Assembly: GCF_964204645.1 (NCBI RefSeq)
Contig: NC_134027.1
Coordinates: forward strand, 12,494,485 to 12,558,484
Source of the DNA: Tubulanus polymorphus
Taxonomy: Eukaryota > Animalia > Nemertea
Reading direction: 5' to 3'
Length of the DNA stretch: 64,000 bases
This document shows, piece by piece, positions 39,422-50,605 of the stretch; position 1 is the stretch's first letter; every line of letters starts with the position of its first letter. Both the position numbers and the translations under genes were made by a program. The notes beneath the pieces are model-generated. The model was given only the letters and a program-made list of their open reading frames with translations, was not told the origin of the DNA and ran no database searches.

Positions 39422-40552
39422 ATGAATGTGACGGATATTTCCCAATGCGACCAGTGGCGTCGTCTCCCAATCAGATGGGACCTTCAGTTTAGTGTCTTCA
39501 TTTACTTAGGTTTCTATGGGCCCGTCTCCATCTTCGGCATTACGCTCAACGTATTCACGTTTCTAATCCTCGCCAAACTAAATAGTCCCGCCTACTATCT
39601 AGTTAATATATTAGCCATTTTCGATATTCTCTATTCGGGATCAGTTTTCCTGTTGTTTCCTCTACGAACATTGCACATTTATAACGTCCTCGGCGATGTG
39701 ATAATCCGACGCGACGACTGGTACTACGGCTGGGAGTTTATCTCATTATTTCACGTCACATTTTACATCTGTCAGTTTACCAGAAATTGGTCTGTCGTAA
39801 TCTTGAGCGTCGATAGACTAATAGTCGTTGTTTTCCCATTAAAATCGCGCATATTCTGGACGCGGAAAACTATCAACGTCGTTCTCGCATGTATGGTGCT
39901 CTTTTCGTTCTTGCTATTCTGGCCGATTATAGTTCCTACCAACTATCTCAAAAGCGTGAGGTGCGATAAAAGTCAGAGCCTCGTTACATTCGTCCGTCGT
40001 TTGTCACTTATTATCCAGGAAAACAGCCTTTTCGACACTATTAGAGGAAGTTGGTCGTTCTCTATAACTGATACGGTTGGAACAAGTGTTTTATCTGTTC
40101 TCGTGCCAATGATATTGCTTGTTCTAGTAAACTTCATTCTACTAAGTAGCTTATTAGCTAATGACACCTTTCGACAGAAAATGATGAACAATCCTGGAAG
40201 CCTAGGTAAATCGAAAGTCAGAGAAAAGAAAATACTTCGGATGGCATTTGCTATCGTCCTGGCATACATATTCTTCGAATCGTTCACTTTTTTCGAAAGA
40301 CTATATTTGAATATTAAAAACATTGAACTCTTCACAATTACAGGCCTTAGTTACGTCGAAACATCTATGGTACTGCGAAAGATTGGCATAGGCTCGACCG
40401 TATTGGATTCATGTGCTAATTTCTTCGTGTACTGTTTTACAAACAAACACTTCAAAAATGCAGCAAGAGATACAATTTTGAATTGTGCTAGACGTCTGAT
40501 TTATTTCAGGAAAAGACACACTAAGACAATATCAAATGTTATGATAAAATGA
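39422..40552 (+). CDS. Intronless rhodopsin-class GPCR, FMRFamide/peptide-receptor-like (Srw-like)
   Basis: 376-aa ORF with seven hydrophobic segments. Motifs: GITLN (TM1), LAIFD (TM2), SVDRLIVVVFPL (DRY-like), DSCANFFVY (TM7). N-terminal NVT sequon. Confidence 0.9.
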   Translation: MNVTDISQCDQWRRLPIRWDLQFSVFIYLGFYGPVSIFGITLNVFTFLILAKLNSPAYYLVNILAIFDILYSGSVFLLFPLRTLHIYNVLGDVIIRRDDWYYGWEFISLFHVTFYICQFTRNWSVVILSVDRLIVVVFPLKSRIFWTRKTINVVLACMVLFSFLLFWPIIVPTNYLKSVRCDKSQSLVTFVRRLSLIIQENSLFDTIRGSWSFSITDTVGTSVLSVLVPMILLVLVNFILLSSLLANDTFRQKMMNNPGSLGKSKVREKKILRMAFAIVLAYIFFESFTFFERLYLNIKNIELFTITGLSYVETSMVLRKIGIGSTVLDSCANFFVYCFTNKHFKNAARDTILNCARRLIYFRKRHTKTISNVMIK

Positions 40553-42003
40553 TTACCTGGTATCTAAGATAATGTGCAACAGTAGATTTTAGATCCATCT
40601 TATAAAGTGAGACATATACATATACAATGTATTTCAATAGAAAAATGTACTCGTGTCATCAGCGATGTCTGCTCAGATCACTGGCTTATCTTACGGACCG
40701 ACGAATATACAAAACACGTTTGAAATTCAGGCGTATATATTTAAGTTGGTGTATACATCTGACGCTGATTTAAAATCCAGGTTGGTATACTTCCAACGAT
40801 GAAGAGGGGTATCTCAAAATGGGCATAAAGTTTGCATCGAAATAATAGTTATGCATATAGCTACAAAGCAGCAATAACGGGCTTTCTGCCTAGCAGCATA
40901 ATAAAATGTAATATGGAAATAAATAGAAATGAAAATTTGTTTCTTGCCGGGATTTAAACTTTTTGAAATATATTCATATCAGAAAAAATGTATATTTAGT
41001 GGGTCCTGTGATGACACATGCGTTCGGAAGCCTAAGAATTCAGTTCAAAGTTCATTGAAAATGAACGAATTTTGATACTGGTATCGTATCACTGAGTGCT
41101 CGTCACGCCATTAGGTGTCGTGGGTTAACGATTAAATTTTGTCGTTCTAGATACTGATAATAATGTTGACGTACAGTACATCGTGGACTGTCTAATAAGG
41201 AAAATATTTCGAAATAACGGTATCCGATCTCTTGATCCAGAGACGTAGACTGACGTTGGACTTTCCGCGAAGCCATATATCACGGTGTCAACTATCGGTT
41301 TATTTTATACTAATTTGAGAAGAATGCTGACGAACAGAGGCTTCCCGGCTCATCGTCCGTACAACAACCCCCAGACTAATCATCCCACGCAGTTTGAAAA
41401 GCGGCCCGTCCCGTGCATTTTCATTGATACTCTACTTAACACAGCGTGTTCGACAATTCTAACCATGTCGCGTTGGATATGTTACGAAAAGTACGTTCCG
41501 TATATAAGCCATAACTGCAAAAGTAAACACTGATGCCTTGAAATACACAGCGACACTACGAATTGGGTGAAACGGATTATTTTTTCCTGTAATAAAAAGT
41601 TCATTTTCACCCAACGCATTTTTTCCACTATTTCATATATTTCTTGAACTCTGTTATTTATGTGCGAATATCAGTAACGCTTGTTCGATAACTGCGATAT
41701 TCCTGACGCTGATTTGCTTGAAATGCCGAAAAATTACATTTAGAACCCCGGTGATCTAACCGAGGGATCGACTGAAATCAAGACACGCACTTGGAATCTG
41801 CGGGTTAATCAAAATCCTTGTAGGAAATCAATTTCATCCAGAAATAACCCTCTTCCAAAGCTGCCGGGTTTCAGTTGATGCGCTGCCGCATTTCAGTGTG
41901 TTCTACGATGTCCCGATGAACTTCGAACCAACGACATCAAGTGACGTCATTTTTTCGGTGTAAAAAGGGACATCCTCCGGGCACCCCAGTGAAGTTCAGT
42001 GAA

Positions 42004-42262
42004 GTAACTTGTTCCTTGTTCCTTATTTCAATTTTTGCCTTTACCGGTTCAACTTCGTCACTGGTTCATCCGTTACTTATTGAGAATTCATCTCCCAATA
42101 AAGAACAAAGGACAAGTAACTTGTTCCTTGTTCCTTATTCAGATTTCCTCGTCATTACCGGTTCAACTTCGTCACCGGTTCATCCGTTACTTATTGAGAA
42201 TTCATCTCCCGATTAGGAACGTTACTTGTTCCTTATTCAGATTTTCTCGTCGTTACTTATTC
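42004..42262. repeat. Tandem repeat of ~110-bp unit (2 copies plus a deleted third)
   Basis: GTAACTTGTTCCTTGTTCCTTATT...TTACCGGTTCAACTTCGTCAC..GGTTCATCCGTTACTTATTGAGAATTCATCTCCC at about 42004 and 42116, partial at about 42221. Confidence 0.85.
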
Positions 42263-42430
42263 AACAGGTGGCGCTGGTATACACTATTGCGCAGTCCAGA
42301 CATTTTGACGTAACCATGTCTGGTCTGCTTGTCGCATTTTATAGAAATTGGAGTTTGTAGTTTCTTTTGCTTCTAAAATGTAATGTCTTAGATGAGATGC
42401 TGCTTCATTGGAAAATGGTTGATCTGATTT

Positions 42431-43950
42431 GACCGATCATTTCTAATATCAATTCTCCATCATATCGGCTCTCCAAATATCTGGCTAAAGTACTCTCCCC
42501 GGCTTTGGGTACTTTTTCTGATTCTCACATTCGGCACAAAATGGATCTTTTAGACAAACTCAAAAATCTCAAACCTAATGGACAAAAATTTATATCTTTC
42601 GACGCTGTTTCCTTGTTCACTAATATACCATTGCAACCAACTCTCAATTTCTTAAGAAGAAAGCTCCCGGACTCCAATCTTGATCTCCCAATTCCTGTAG
42701 AATGTTTACTTGAACTTTTGGAACTCTGTACAACCAATTTATATTTCCAATTCCAAGACAAATTCTATGAACAAATTTTCGGTTTCGCTATGGGTAACCC
42801 ATTATCCCCGATTTTGGCTAATCTTTTCCTTGAACACTTTCAATCCGAAATTCTCCCTAAGTACGTTGGCTCTAAACCTAACTTTTGGATGAGATATGTT
42901 GATGACTGCATTCTGAGCTTAGTTTCTGATAATTTTGATCTTCATCAACTCCCAATATCCATCTTTGAAATTCACTTTTGAATGGGAACAAAATGACCAA
43001 ATTCCGTTTTTAGATGTTCTAATTCACAATAAATTTTCTCATTTGATTTTCTCAGTCTACCGTAAACCTATCAACGCCGAGGCATACCTTCACTTCTTTT
43101 CGTTTACTGCCACGCCAAATCAATCAAATTGGTCTCGCTCAAGGCCTCTTTCTCCGTGCACTACGGATCTGCGATGAAACCTTCCTTTCGGCTGAATTTG
43201 ACCACATATCCAACTCTCTTAGAAAATTGGCTTACCCTGATCACATTTTGAAAATCGCTATTTCTAAGGCTAAACGTACTTTCTTCAATTCTAAACCTCC
43301 AGAAAATAAAAAACACATTTCAGAGTTCATTGTAGTTCCGTATGTACCTGTTTTGGAAAAGTTTCGTCACTCTCTCCCTTGATTGGATAAACAAATCATT
43401 TTCACGAATGAAAACAAAATTAGTAAGACTTTGGTTAAAAACAATCAATCTAAACCTTTGGACTGCGGAGTTTACAAAATTCCTTGTTTTGGCTGTGATA
43501 AAATTTACTTTGGAGAAACTGGTCGTGATTTAAAAACTCGAATTTTGGAACACAAAGAGGATATAATAAATCAAAAACCGGCTAGTGGCGTAGCCAATCA
43601 CGTTTGGAACACTGGTCATCGTTTTAATTTTGATAAAGCCGAAATTATTTATACTTTCAGCAATTACACTAAACGCCACATAGTTGTGTCTGCCCTAATT
43701 ACTCGTCACTCAGATATTAGTACCAATTTAAATAATGGCTTTTCTCCGCATAATTCCCTTCTTTCTAAGTATATTACTTCATGCCTTGCCAAACACTAAT
43801 TATTTACTCACTCACCAATTGATCAATTAACCTGTCCTCCTCTGTATATATACCCCTGTTTTTAGTCTATTTCTCAAACCTGACGATGATCTCTAGGGTG
43901 AGATCGAAACGTCGTGTCTTTTATATATTTTAGATTTAATAAATAAATTC
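42431..43950 (+). mobile_element. 5'-truncated, frameshifted Penelope-like retroelement (RT + GIY-YIG endonuclease)
   Basis: RT motifs PIISNINSPSYRLSKYL, SFDAVSLFTNIP, GFAMGNPLSPILAN, RYVDD, IPFLDV, VYRKP. GIY-YIG motif GVYKIPC..C.KIYFGETGR.LKTRILEH. Spread over three ORFs (42505-42981, 42935-43177, 43383-43799) by frameshifts and a stop. Confidence 0.92.
43875..43918 (+). ncRNA. Minimal type I hammerhead ribozyme motif in the PLE 3' flank
   Basis: CTGACGA-T-GATCTC-TAGGGT-GAGATC-GAAAC-GTC: core boxes, perfect 6-bp helix II and a palindromic ACGT in place of helix III. Confidence 0.75.
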
Positions 43951-45347
43951 TTGTTTTTTAAATTCTTTTAATCTGTAAATAGTGGGATTTTATCTTATTA
44001 TCCGTTCACCACGTTTGAGTGTGGTCATCGTTCTATTATGACTGGAAACAGTTAGCGTTCAACAAAGATGACGTCAGAAACACGCACCTGCACACATAAA
44101 CAATAACAGTGAGCACGTGCTGAAATTGCCGATTTGAAAGTCTTATCTTTCAGAGAAGGCAAAACTAAAATTGAAATCAGTAGCATATTTATAATTTGTG
44201 AACATATTACTTTAAAGAATAACTTTTATATGATATTCTATTTAGTGGGCATGTGCCCTTTAAGACCAGTCTAAGACCAACTAAGTTCTATAGCCAATCT
44301 AACAACTTAAGACCAACTGGCCCCTGGCGATTTGTTGTCAAGGTCGAGGTCGAGTTTGTTTATCACAATCCTCAAACAATCTTAGAATTTAGAAAATTGC
44401 CATGAAAACAGCGTAATACGCCCATGCAAAAAATCGACGGTCAACCACTCACGTGCGCTTTGCGCTTGACTCAACCGGCGGCCACGCGCGTTTCTTATAT
44501 AATAGATTTAATTTCATATACTTTCCTACGAGAAAAAAATCTTGATAGAATTATTAACTAAATAATCATACAATTGGTCGTTTGAGCTACCCGGTGGCTT
44601 TACCAGGTATAGTTCTCCTAACTAATCTGCTAAAAAGATTAACTCTTTCGATTTAGATCAAGTATATGAATCAAGGAAACCTCTTTGTGAAACCATGATG
44701 CAAAGATTTACATTTACATGTTGTGACTTGCGCAAGAGCCTAGGCCCGAAGAAGAGGAGGAAGTCTTATTAACCCATTTTTTGTTTTTCGATCATTTGTT
44801 TGTTACAAAAAATTACCCTATAATTCCTAAAATTTGTTCAATTTGTGATCGAATTATTTCCAAGTAAGAAAATTAATTTCTTTCATATCTTAACCTTTTT
44901 TTCTTTAATTCTTTTTTCAGTCAAATTCACAACCTTCCCAAGGGTTTACGAACAATGCATCATGCACTGAGTGTGCCGGAAAGTGTTTCTTGATCGCTAA
45001 TCAATTTTTGGTGGCCTCTTTTTGTGTGTATAAAATTGCCTGTAGTTAGTTTCAGTGCTTCTCAGATGGGCATTCGAAAGTCGTCCAGTTCACTCCTGCT
45101 GTGCAAGTCTTATTTGATTAGACGTCCGTGACTAGCAAATTATGACTAGGAAAATCAAATCTGATTTGACAAGATAAATTCGCCTTAGGCCTATTTACAT
45201 GCGTAATATGTGGATAAACTTTTAGATATCGATGCGTATTTGGCGTTTGGCGAAGTCTGCGCCTGGCATACACGCATACATTCGTGTTACGGTCAACTCA
45301 TTCCGTGTTTTACACGTTGCCAGATCCATGTTTTATTCCTACCGCAC

Positions 45348-45380
45348 TGATTGGTCACATGACTGAAAGATGGCTGCTGC
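45348..45380 (+). promoter_or_regulatory. NAGPA proximal motifs: inverted CCAAT, CLEAR/M-box-like GTCACATGAC, YY1-like AAGATGGC over the ATG
   Basis: ATTGG at 45350-45354, GTCACATGAC at 45354-45363, ATG at 45370. Confidence 0.5.
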
Positions 45381-45458
45381 CACTGGCGATAGTGCTTGTG
45401 GTCAATTTCTTTTTATTGTCGTAGTTTTTGACGTTTTTTCATTTATTATAGGATCCAG
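45370..45458 (+). CDS. NAGPA: NAGPA exon 1 (signal peptide)
   Basis: MAAATGDSACGQFLFIVVVFDVFSFIIGS, hydrophobic. The AG|gtaata phase-2 donor joins exon 2 in frame. Confidence 0.75.
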
Positions 45459-45600
45459 GTAATAAATATACGAATCATGTATTGTTTTTGTAATATGACA
45501 TCACAGGAGCTCGTATCAGAGTTGTAGATACTGTAAAAACGATCGGTTTTAGGGACAGGGGGTGTGTAGCGTAGGCAGTCAGTCAGTGAGTGTGCTAGCC

Positions 45601-45790
45601 GGGCTTGGATTTTACTTCCGGGTTGTTGATAATCTCGCGAGAATGGCGCTAAATATGAACTGCAAATAGATTAACATACCTTTTCCTTGCAAAGTTTTAA
45701 ACTTCCTGGCATCCTGAAAAGCACATCAGAATATCACACGACTGTCCCAACTTACGGGGCTGAAAACCCAAGTACAGCAGCAAGGCCTAA
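45601..45790. mobile_element. Fragment of the 2285-3035 foldback family in NAGPA intron 1
   Basis: GGGCTTGGATTTTA.TTCCGGGTTGTTGATAATCTCGCGAGAATGGCGCTAAATATGAACT is near-identical to about 2302-2362. Confidence 0.8.
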
Positions 45791-45990
45791 TTTGATAGCA
45801 GGATGAAACAATACGTATAATATATTCTTTATTTCACATAAAAACACAAAGAAGATATATTGGAAATAGATTGGCACTGCGCTATTTTAATTAGCATCGT
45901 GAGAGATGACACCTCCCATTTTGAGATACAGTAGGCCTACCTACCGGCATTCTTTATCATTACATTCTAGCAATTTCTTTTCTTTTTCAG

Positions 45991-46394
45991 CATTGAACTG
46001 CAGGATATTCTATTGCCTTATTTGCACGAGCACAATCGTCCTAAACATTCCAATAGATACGTCCGAGACTGTCAACATGTGAAGTATAAAAATGTTACGC
46101 ATGAGCTTTATCCAGCTCAAACCTTCAATTCTACATATGTCAACAATAGACTTCCGATAGTCAAAACGTATAATTTCCGTAAAGACACTGGACCGTTTTA
46201 CAACCAAAGGACAGTATACGGGCATTTTAACATTATTCAAGATCCGACGAATACTGTAACTGTGCTGGAGCCAGGAGGCAATGGGGGCTGCAAAAATAAA
46301 GTTCTGGAAACTGTAAAAAATACGGCCAAATTAAAATCTTGTATATGTTCAACGAATGCCGGACTGTTTAACACTCATGATGGTTCATGTCTGG
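45991..46394 (+). CDS. NAGPA: NAGPA exon 2 (N-acetylglucosamine-1-phosphodiester alpha-N-acetylglucosaminidase)
   Basis: DILLPY...RDC...GHF...TVTVLEPGGNGGC...TNAGLFNTHDGSCLG matches the NAGPA N-terminal catalytic region. Canonical splice sites. Confidence 0.92.
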
Positions 46395-47896
46395 GTAAGT
46401 ATCATACATGATGTAAGCAGGAGGGATCATCGGTCCACCTTTTAAATTTCTGTATCTATCTGAAACCTGATATTTGGGGGATAGCGTTCATTTTTAATAG
46501 TTTTCAACACTTTTTTTATGTGATAAGATGTATCATATTGATGTATTATACTCTTAACGTATGTGCAGTTCAAAAATTGGTTCAATCATGCTGGACACCG
46601 GCTATTGCATTTGGATTTCTTTATAATGTTTGTTATAAAGATTGCTAAAATCAATTCGTTTTGAGATAGGACTGGGTTGATATATTTCATGCATATATTT
46701 CAAGGTCATCGATGTGTTCACCACGGGACGTTGAATATTGAAATTCAAACCAGTTCCATATTTGATATTTGTGAATACATCACATTTGAAAATGAATTTT
46801 ACACAATATTCTATTTTAATGGCATTTGCCCTTTAAATAGTTTACTGAGGTAAACAGTACCCAGGAGGAGTCAAGCTGCAATTTCGATGATTTGGTTCGG
46901 ACCAAATTGGCCCTGACCAGACCCGTCATATTTGGCCTGTGCTTAATTAGACTCACTCACTCAATACTAAACAATGTTCAAACGAAGCGAAGTGGGTCGT
47001 TTCCGCAACTACCGGTAGTTGCAATTCGAAGGCAATTTGACCCGTGCTAAAAAAATTTGGCTCGGGCCTATTCCGACATATTTGGCGCATACGCTCCTTA
47101 CAATTTGAAATTTTCACCTTGAAAATTGCTTGTAAGTCCTTGGATTCTGAAATGAATGATCTGTAGGGACCCTGCCTTAGTTTATATCCTAATAAAAAAA
47201 AACTTGAAGTACCATTTCTGTTCAAAATAAGCTAATCTTTCCACTTAAATAACTTTTAAGAGTCTATATCAACACACAACTAGGAAACCGTCCTGACTCT
47301 TGAAGGGTTTGATAGTCTATTGTCAAAATAGTCTAGTCAAAATAGAATGTCAAATGTTTTCATTCTTGAGGAATGTGGATAATTATTGGTATAAACTTCA
47401 ACATAATATATGAGAATTAGCATCAGTTTTCAGCAGAATGCTCGAAATCAAACAAAACCTACGATAATCACCAAAATTCTTTGTTTTTCATGTACTTAAA
47501 TTTGTTATCTTCTACCATATTTTGAAATTCAACTTGGGCTCTTAGATTAGACCTACCAATATTAAACACATAGGTCAAAATTATGCTCTTTACCAATAGT
47601 GTATATCAGTACTCATTTGCTGGATGTTTTTGAAATTGTGATATTTTCCTCTACTGAATGAATAATTGTCTGTATAGGCCCTATGCTTCACCATTGGTCT
47701 CTTGACAGGTTTATTCATGGAAAAATGTGCAAACTATGTAGGAAAATGTTGATTTTTCAAACACATGGTCCATTAATTAATTCCTATGCAGGTTGGTTGC
47801 ATTTATGTGAATATATACATAAAAGCGATACTATATGTTTACGGAAATGATCACATTAATGTACAGGCTGTGGAAATTAAGAATCAAGCATCTATA

Positions 47897-48597
47897 GGCG
47901 CGTTCACACGACGAAATTTAGACCGGGCCAAATTCATGCGGGCAAAAATACCGTTCCAAATTAGACCGGTCTAGTTTAGACCGGTCTAATTTGGTTCAGT
48001 CTAAAAGAGCGAACCAGGTCCGGACCAAATTTTGGACCGGTCTCAATATGTGTGTGTGGACAGAAACTGGTACCAGGTCCGGTCTAAATCGTGATTCTGA
48101 ATCTCTGCGGTAGATGTCGCGACCTCTGCGGTAGAGTGTGAGTCCAGTTTATTAAGTTTTAAATGTTTATGTAATTATTTTTAAGTACTGTTTTTCCTCC
48201 CTATTCTATGGAAAGATTTAGAGCTTATTCGTATACGTATATCGCAATCATCATCCGGTTTACTGCCGTGCTTTGAACCGTGTTAAAACGATACTTCGAG
48301 TTTCAGCGTGATGGAACAAAATCGAATTCACAAAAAATGTCTAAACCTGACAGAGGATCGAATTTGTCACATGAAGAATGTCTTGCTCTACTTCGAATCT
48401 GGAAGCAAGACTTCATCTAGGCGCAATTGATTATTTAGCAGATGGCGACATCTTGTGGGCCCAGTGACAAGCGATTTTATCACCGCGTGTCAAAACGCCG
48501 TGTGAACGCTCACCAAAATTTGGTCCAGTCTAAATTTGGACCGGACCAGGAACGGATCCATTTAGACCGGTCTAACTAGTTGTCGTGTGAATGCGGC
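47897..48597 (+). mobile_element. PIF/Harbinger-like non-autonomous element, family A copy 2 (NAGPA intron 2)
   Basis: TIRs GGCGCGTTCACACGAC / GTCGTGTGAATGCGGC with TA flanks. Myb/SANT relic at 48337-48432. Confidence 0.85.
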
Positions 48598-48850
48598 TAT
48601 ATGAAACTGGGGCCTAGCCGGTAGATTCTTGATTCTTAATTTTGAGTAAGTTGCAACTGTTTAGTTTGTGCCATCCCTCTAAATTACAGTCGGTAAGAAT
48701 TCAAAGTGTGTATATAACTATTTATTCAGCAGAGATGTGTTTAATACATAAACTCCATACAGTAAACACAAAACATTTTCTTAATTTTGGAATGCGTTGT
48801 AGTTGAAGCCATCTGTCACAGGTCTTACCTTCCAGGGTTCATGGTTCTAA

Positions 48851-50138
48851 GGCCTTTTCTTTAATTGCTTGCAGCACAGATTTTATCACCCAAAAAATGG
48901 AAGGGTGGAGGGAAAAAATGAAAAAATAATTTTTTTTTCCTTTCAAACAGGAGTTTCATCGCATAATCTGAAAGAGTGAAGGAAAGAAAAACAAACAAAA
49001 AATTAAAAATTTTCCCTTTTATTGCCTGCTATTACGGGATATGCTGGAGGAATAAAAGAAAAACTATAAAATTGTAAAATCGCATATTTCTTTATTTCAG
49101 AACAGAACACAATGTTATTGATTTCCTTATTTTTGGGAAGTGGATATTTTGCCAATGCGGCATTATTTTAGTAAACACTATTTTTCCAATGGCTATATAT
49201 GATGATATAGTAATAAAATATGACAATAAAATCATTATATTGGGTTAAGGGTTAGGGTTTCGATAGGGTTAGGGTCCAGAGGGTTAGGGTTAGGGTGAGG
49301 TTTAGGGTCCGTTTTTGCCCCTAGGGATAGGGTTAGGGTAAGGTGAGGCTATATCTAGTGAAAACATATGGGTGGTTTTGAGTGATCCGGTGGTCTAGTG
49401 GAAGGACGTTAGACCAGCAACCTGCTGGTCCAGGTTCGAATCCCGCTCTATGCTGCTATTTTCTCTAACTCCATATTTTCCACACTTTCCTTGAATTTTC
49501 TAAGTCGCGCACCTCAGTGCACATGCGCGGAACCAATTAGCCAATCAGAACACGCCATTGGCAAAATAGCGTTAACAGGAATAATACCGCATTGGCAAAA
49601 ATATAGCCTGCCTATTTTTTGCCCTACCAACCACTCACAGTCCAGCATCAAGGCAGGTAGGCCTAATGCAAATTGGTTGCACAGTCTTGTATAATTTCTC
49701 TGCCTCTTTCCATCTTTTATTAACCATCGATACCACATCAGACACCCTGAGATCAAGTGACAGCCTTGACAGTCGTCTGTCAAGCTCTTTTGTTCCTTTC
49801 CGACAAATGAGTTGGAAAGGTGCCTCCGCCATTTAGACTGGTTGCCTGTCTCTACCTTAAGTTAGACTGCGAATGCAGGTGGCGCTGAATAGGACAGACA
49901 ACCAGTCTACATTTTCGCTTGCCGAAATCCTATGTACTGAGAGAAACGTCAATGGCAAACATCGGGAATGTTGAAGACTCGATGGGAGGACGGAAAAACG
50001 TAAAATTTTATTTTTTTTCAGTACTTTAGCGGTCATTGCAGAACGGCGGGCGGGAAAAATAGAAATATTTTTTAATTTTTTTAAAAGTTCGACTGATTTT
50101 CAGCACGGGTGATGCTGCAAGCGATTTAAAAAAAGGCC
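48851..50138. mobile_element. Zator-like MITE with nested insertions
   Basis: TAA|GGCCTTTTCTTTAATTGCTTGCAGCA ... TGCTGCAAGCGATTTAAAAAAAGGCC|TTA. The superfamily call is tentative. Confidence 0.65.
49142..49608. mobile_element. Nested inverted-repeat element with TTAGGG-like array and tRNA-like Pol III boxes
   Basis: ~52-bp inverted ends (49142-49193 / 49554-49608). Degenerate GGGTTA repeats at 49242-49345. A box at 49391-49401, B box at 49433-49443. Confidence 0.6.
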
Positions 50139-50294
50139 TTATCTTGGGTGGCATAAGTGTTTCTTGATCAATGCAATGGGTTTTCTTGGCCTGATCAATA
50201 CTAAAAAGAGACCATTGTAAATTGCTAATGATTCAGTGGTGCTTGGCCGGTTGAGGGATAAAATGAAAAATTAAATTTTTGTGTTGCATTTTAG

Positions 50295-50388
50295 GTAATG
50301 TGATATCAGCAGGCTGTCTAGTCAGGGATAGTCATGGTATTCAAAATGCGCATTTTGGTATCACAAGAAATAATTCATTATTCTTTGG
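50295..50388 (+). CDS. NAGPA: NAGPA exon 3
   Basis: GNVISAGCLVRDSHGIQNAHFGITRNNSLFFG; phases 1/2. Confidence 0.92.
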
Positions 50389-50471
50389 GTAAGTTTCCAA
50401 AAATTCATGGACTGAATTATGAAAACTGAGGAATCCGACCTCTTCACTCCATGAATAATGTTGCTTTTCAG

Positions 50472-50605
50472 GTATTTGTCTGAAAATGATCTTCTAGATT
50501 ATGATTTTTCTAATTTGGTTGGTGGAGTCATTTGGCTGGTAAGAAAAGGAGAATCATATGTTGATGCTAGTCTTAAAGCTGAATGTTCTGATACTGAAGA
50601 AACGG
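50472..50605 (+). CDS. NAGPA: NAGPA exon 4
   Basis: YLSENDLL...LVGGVIWLVRKGESYV...ECSDTEETG; phases 2/1. Confidence 0.93.

Noticed and set aside
39973-40335. Antisense ORF within the GPCR, and similar ORFs opposite ALG10, NAGPA and the PLE
   Set aside because: These are shadow ORFs of real coding sequence with no independent features.
49242-49345. True telomere or chromosome-fusion scar
   Set aside because: The repeats are short, degenerate, in a single orientation and enclosed by the inverted ends of a repeat element.
49381-49455. tRNA gene
   Set aside because: A and B boxes are present, but the acceptor, anticodon and T stems do not pair. Treated as a tRNA-derived repeat segment.
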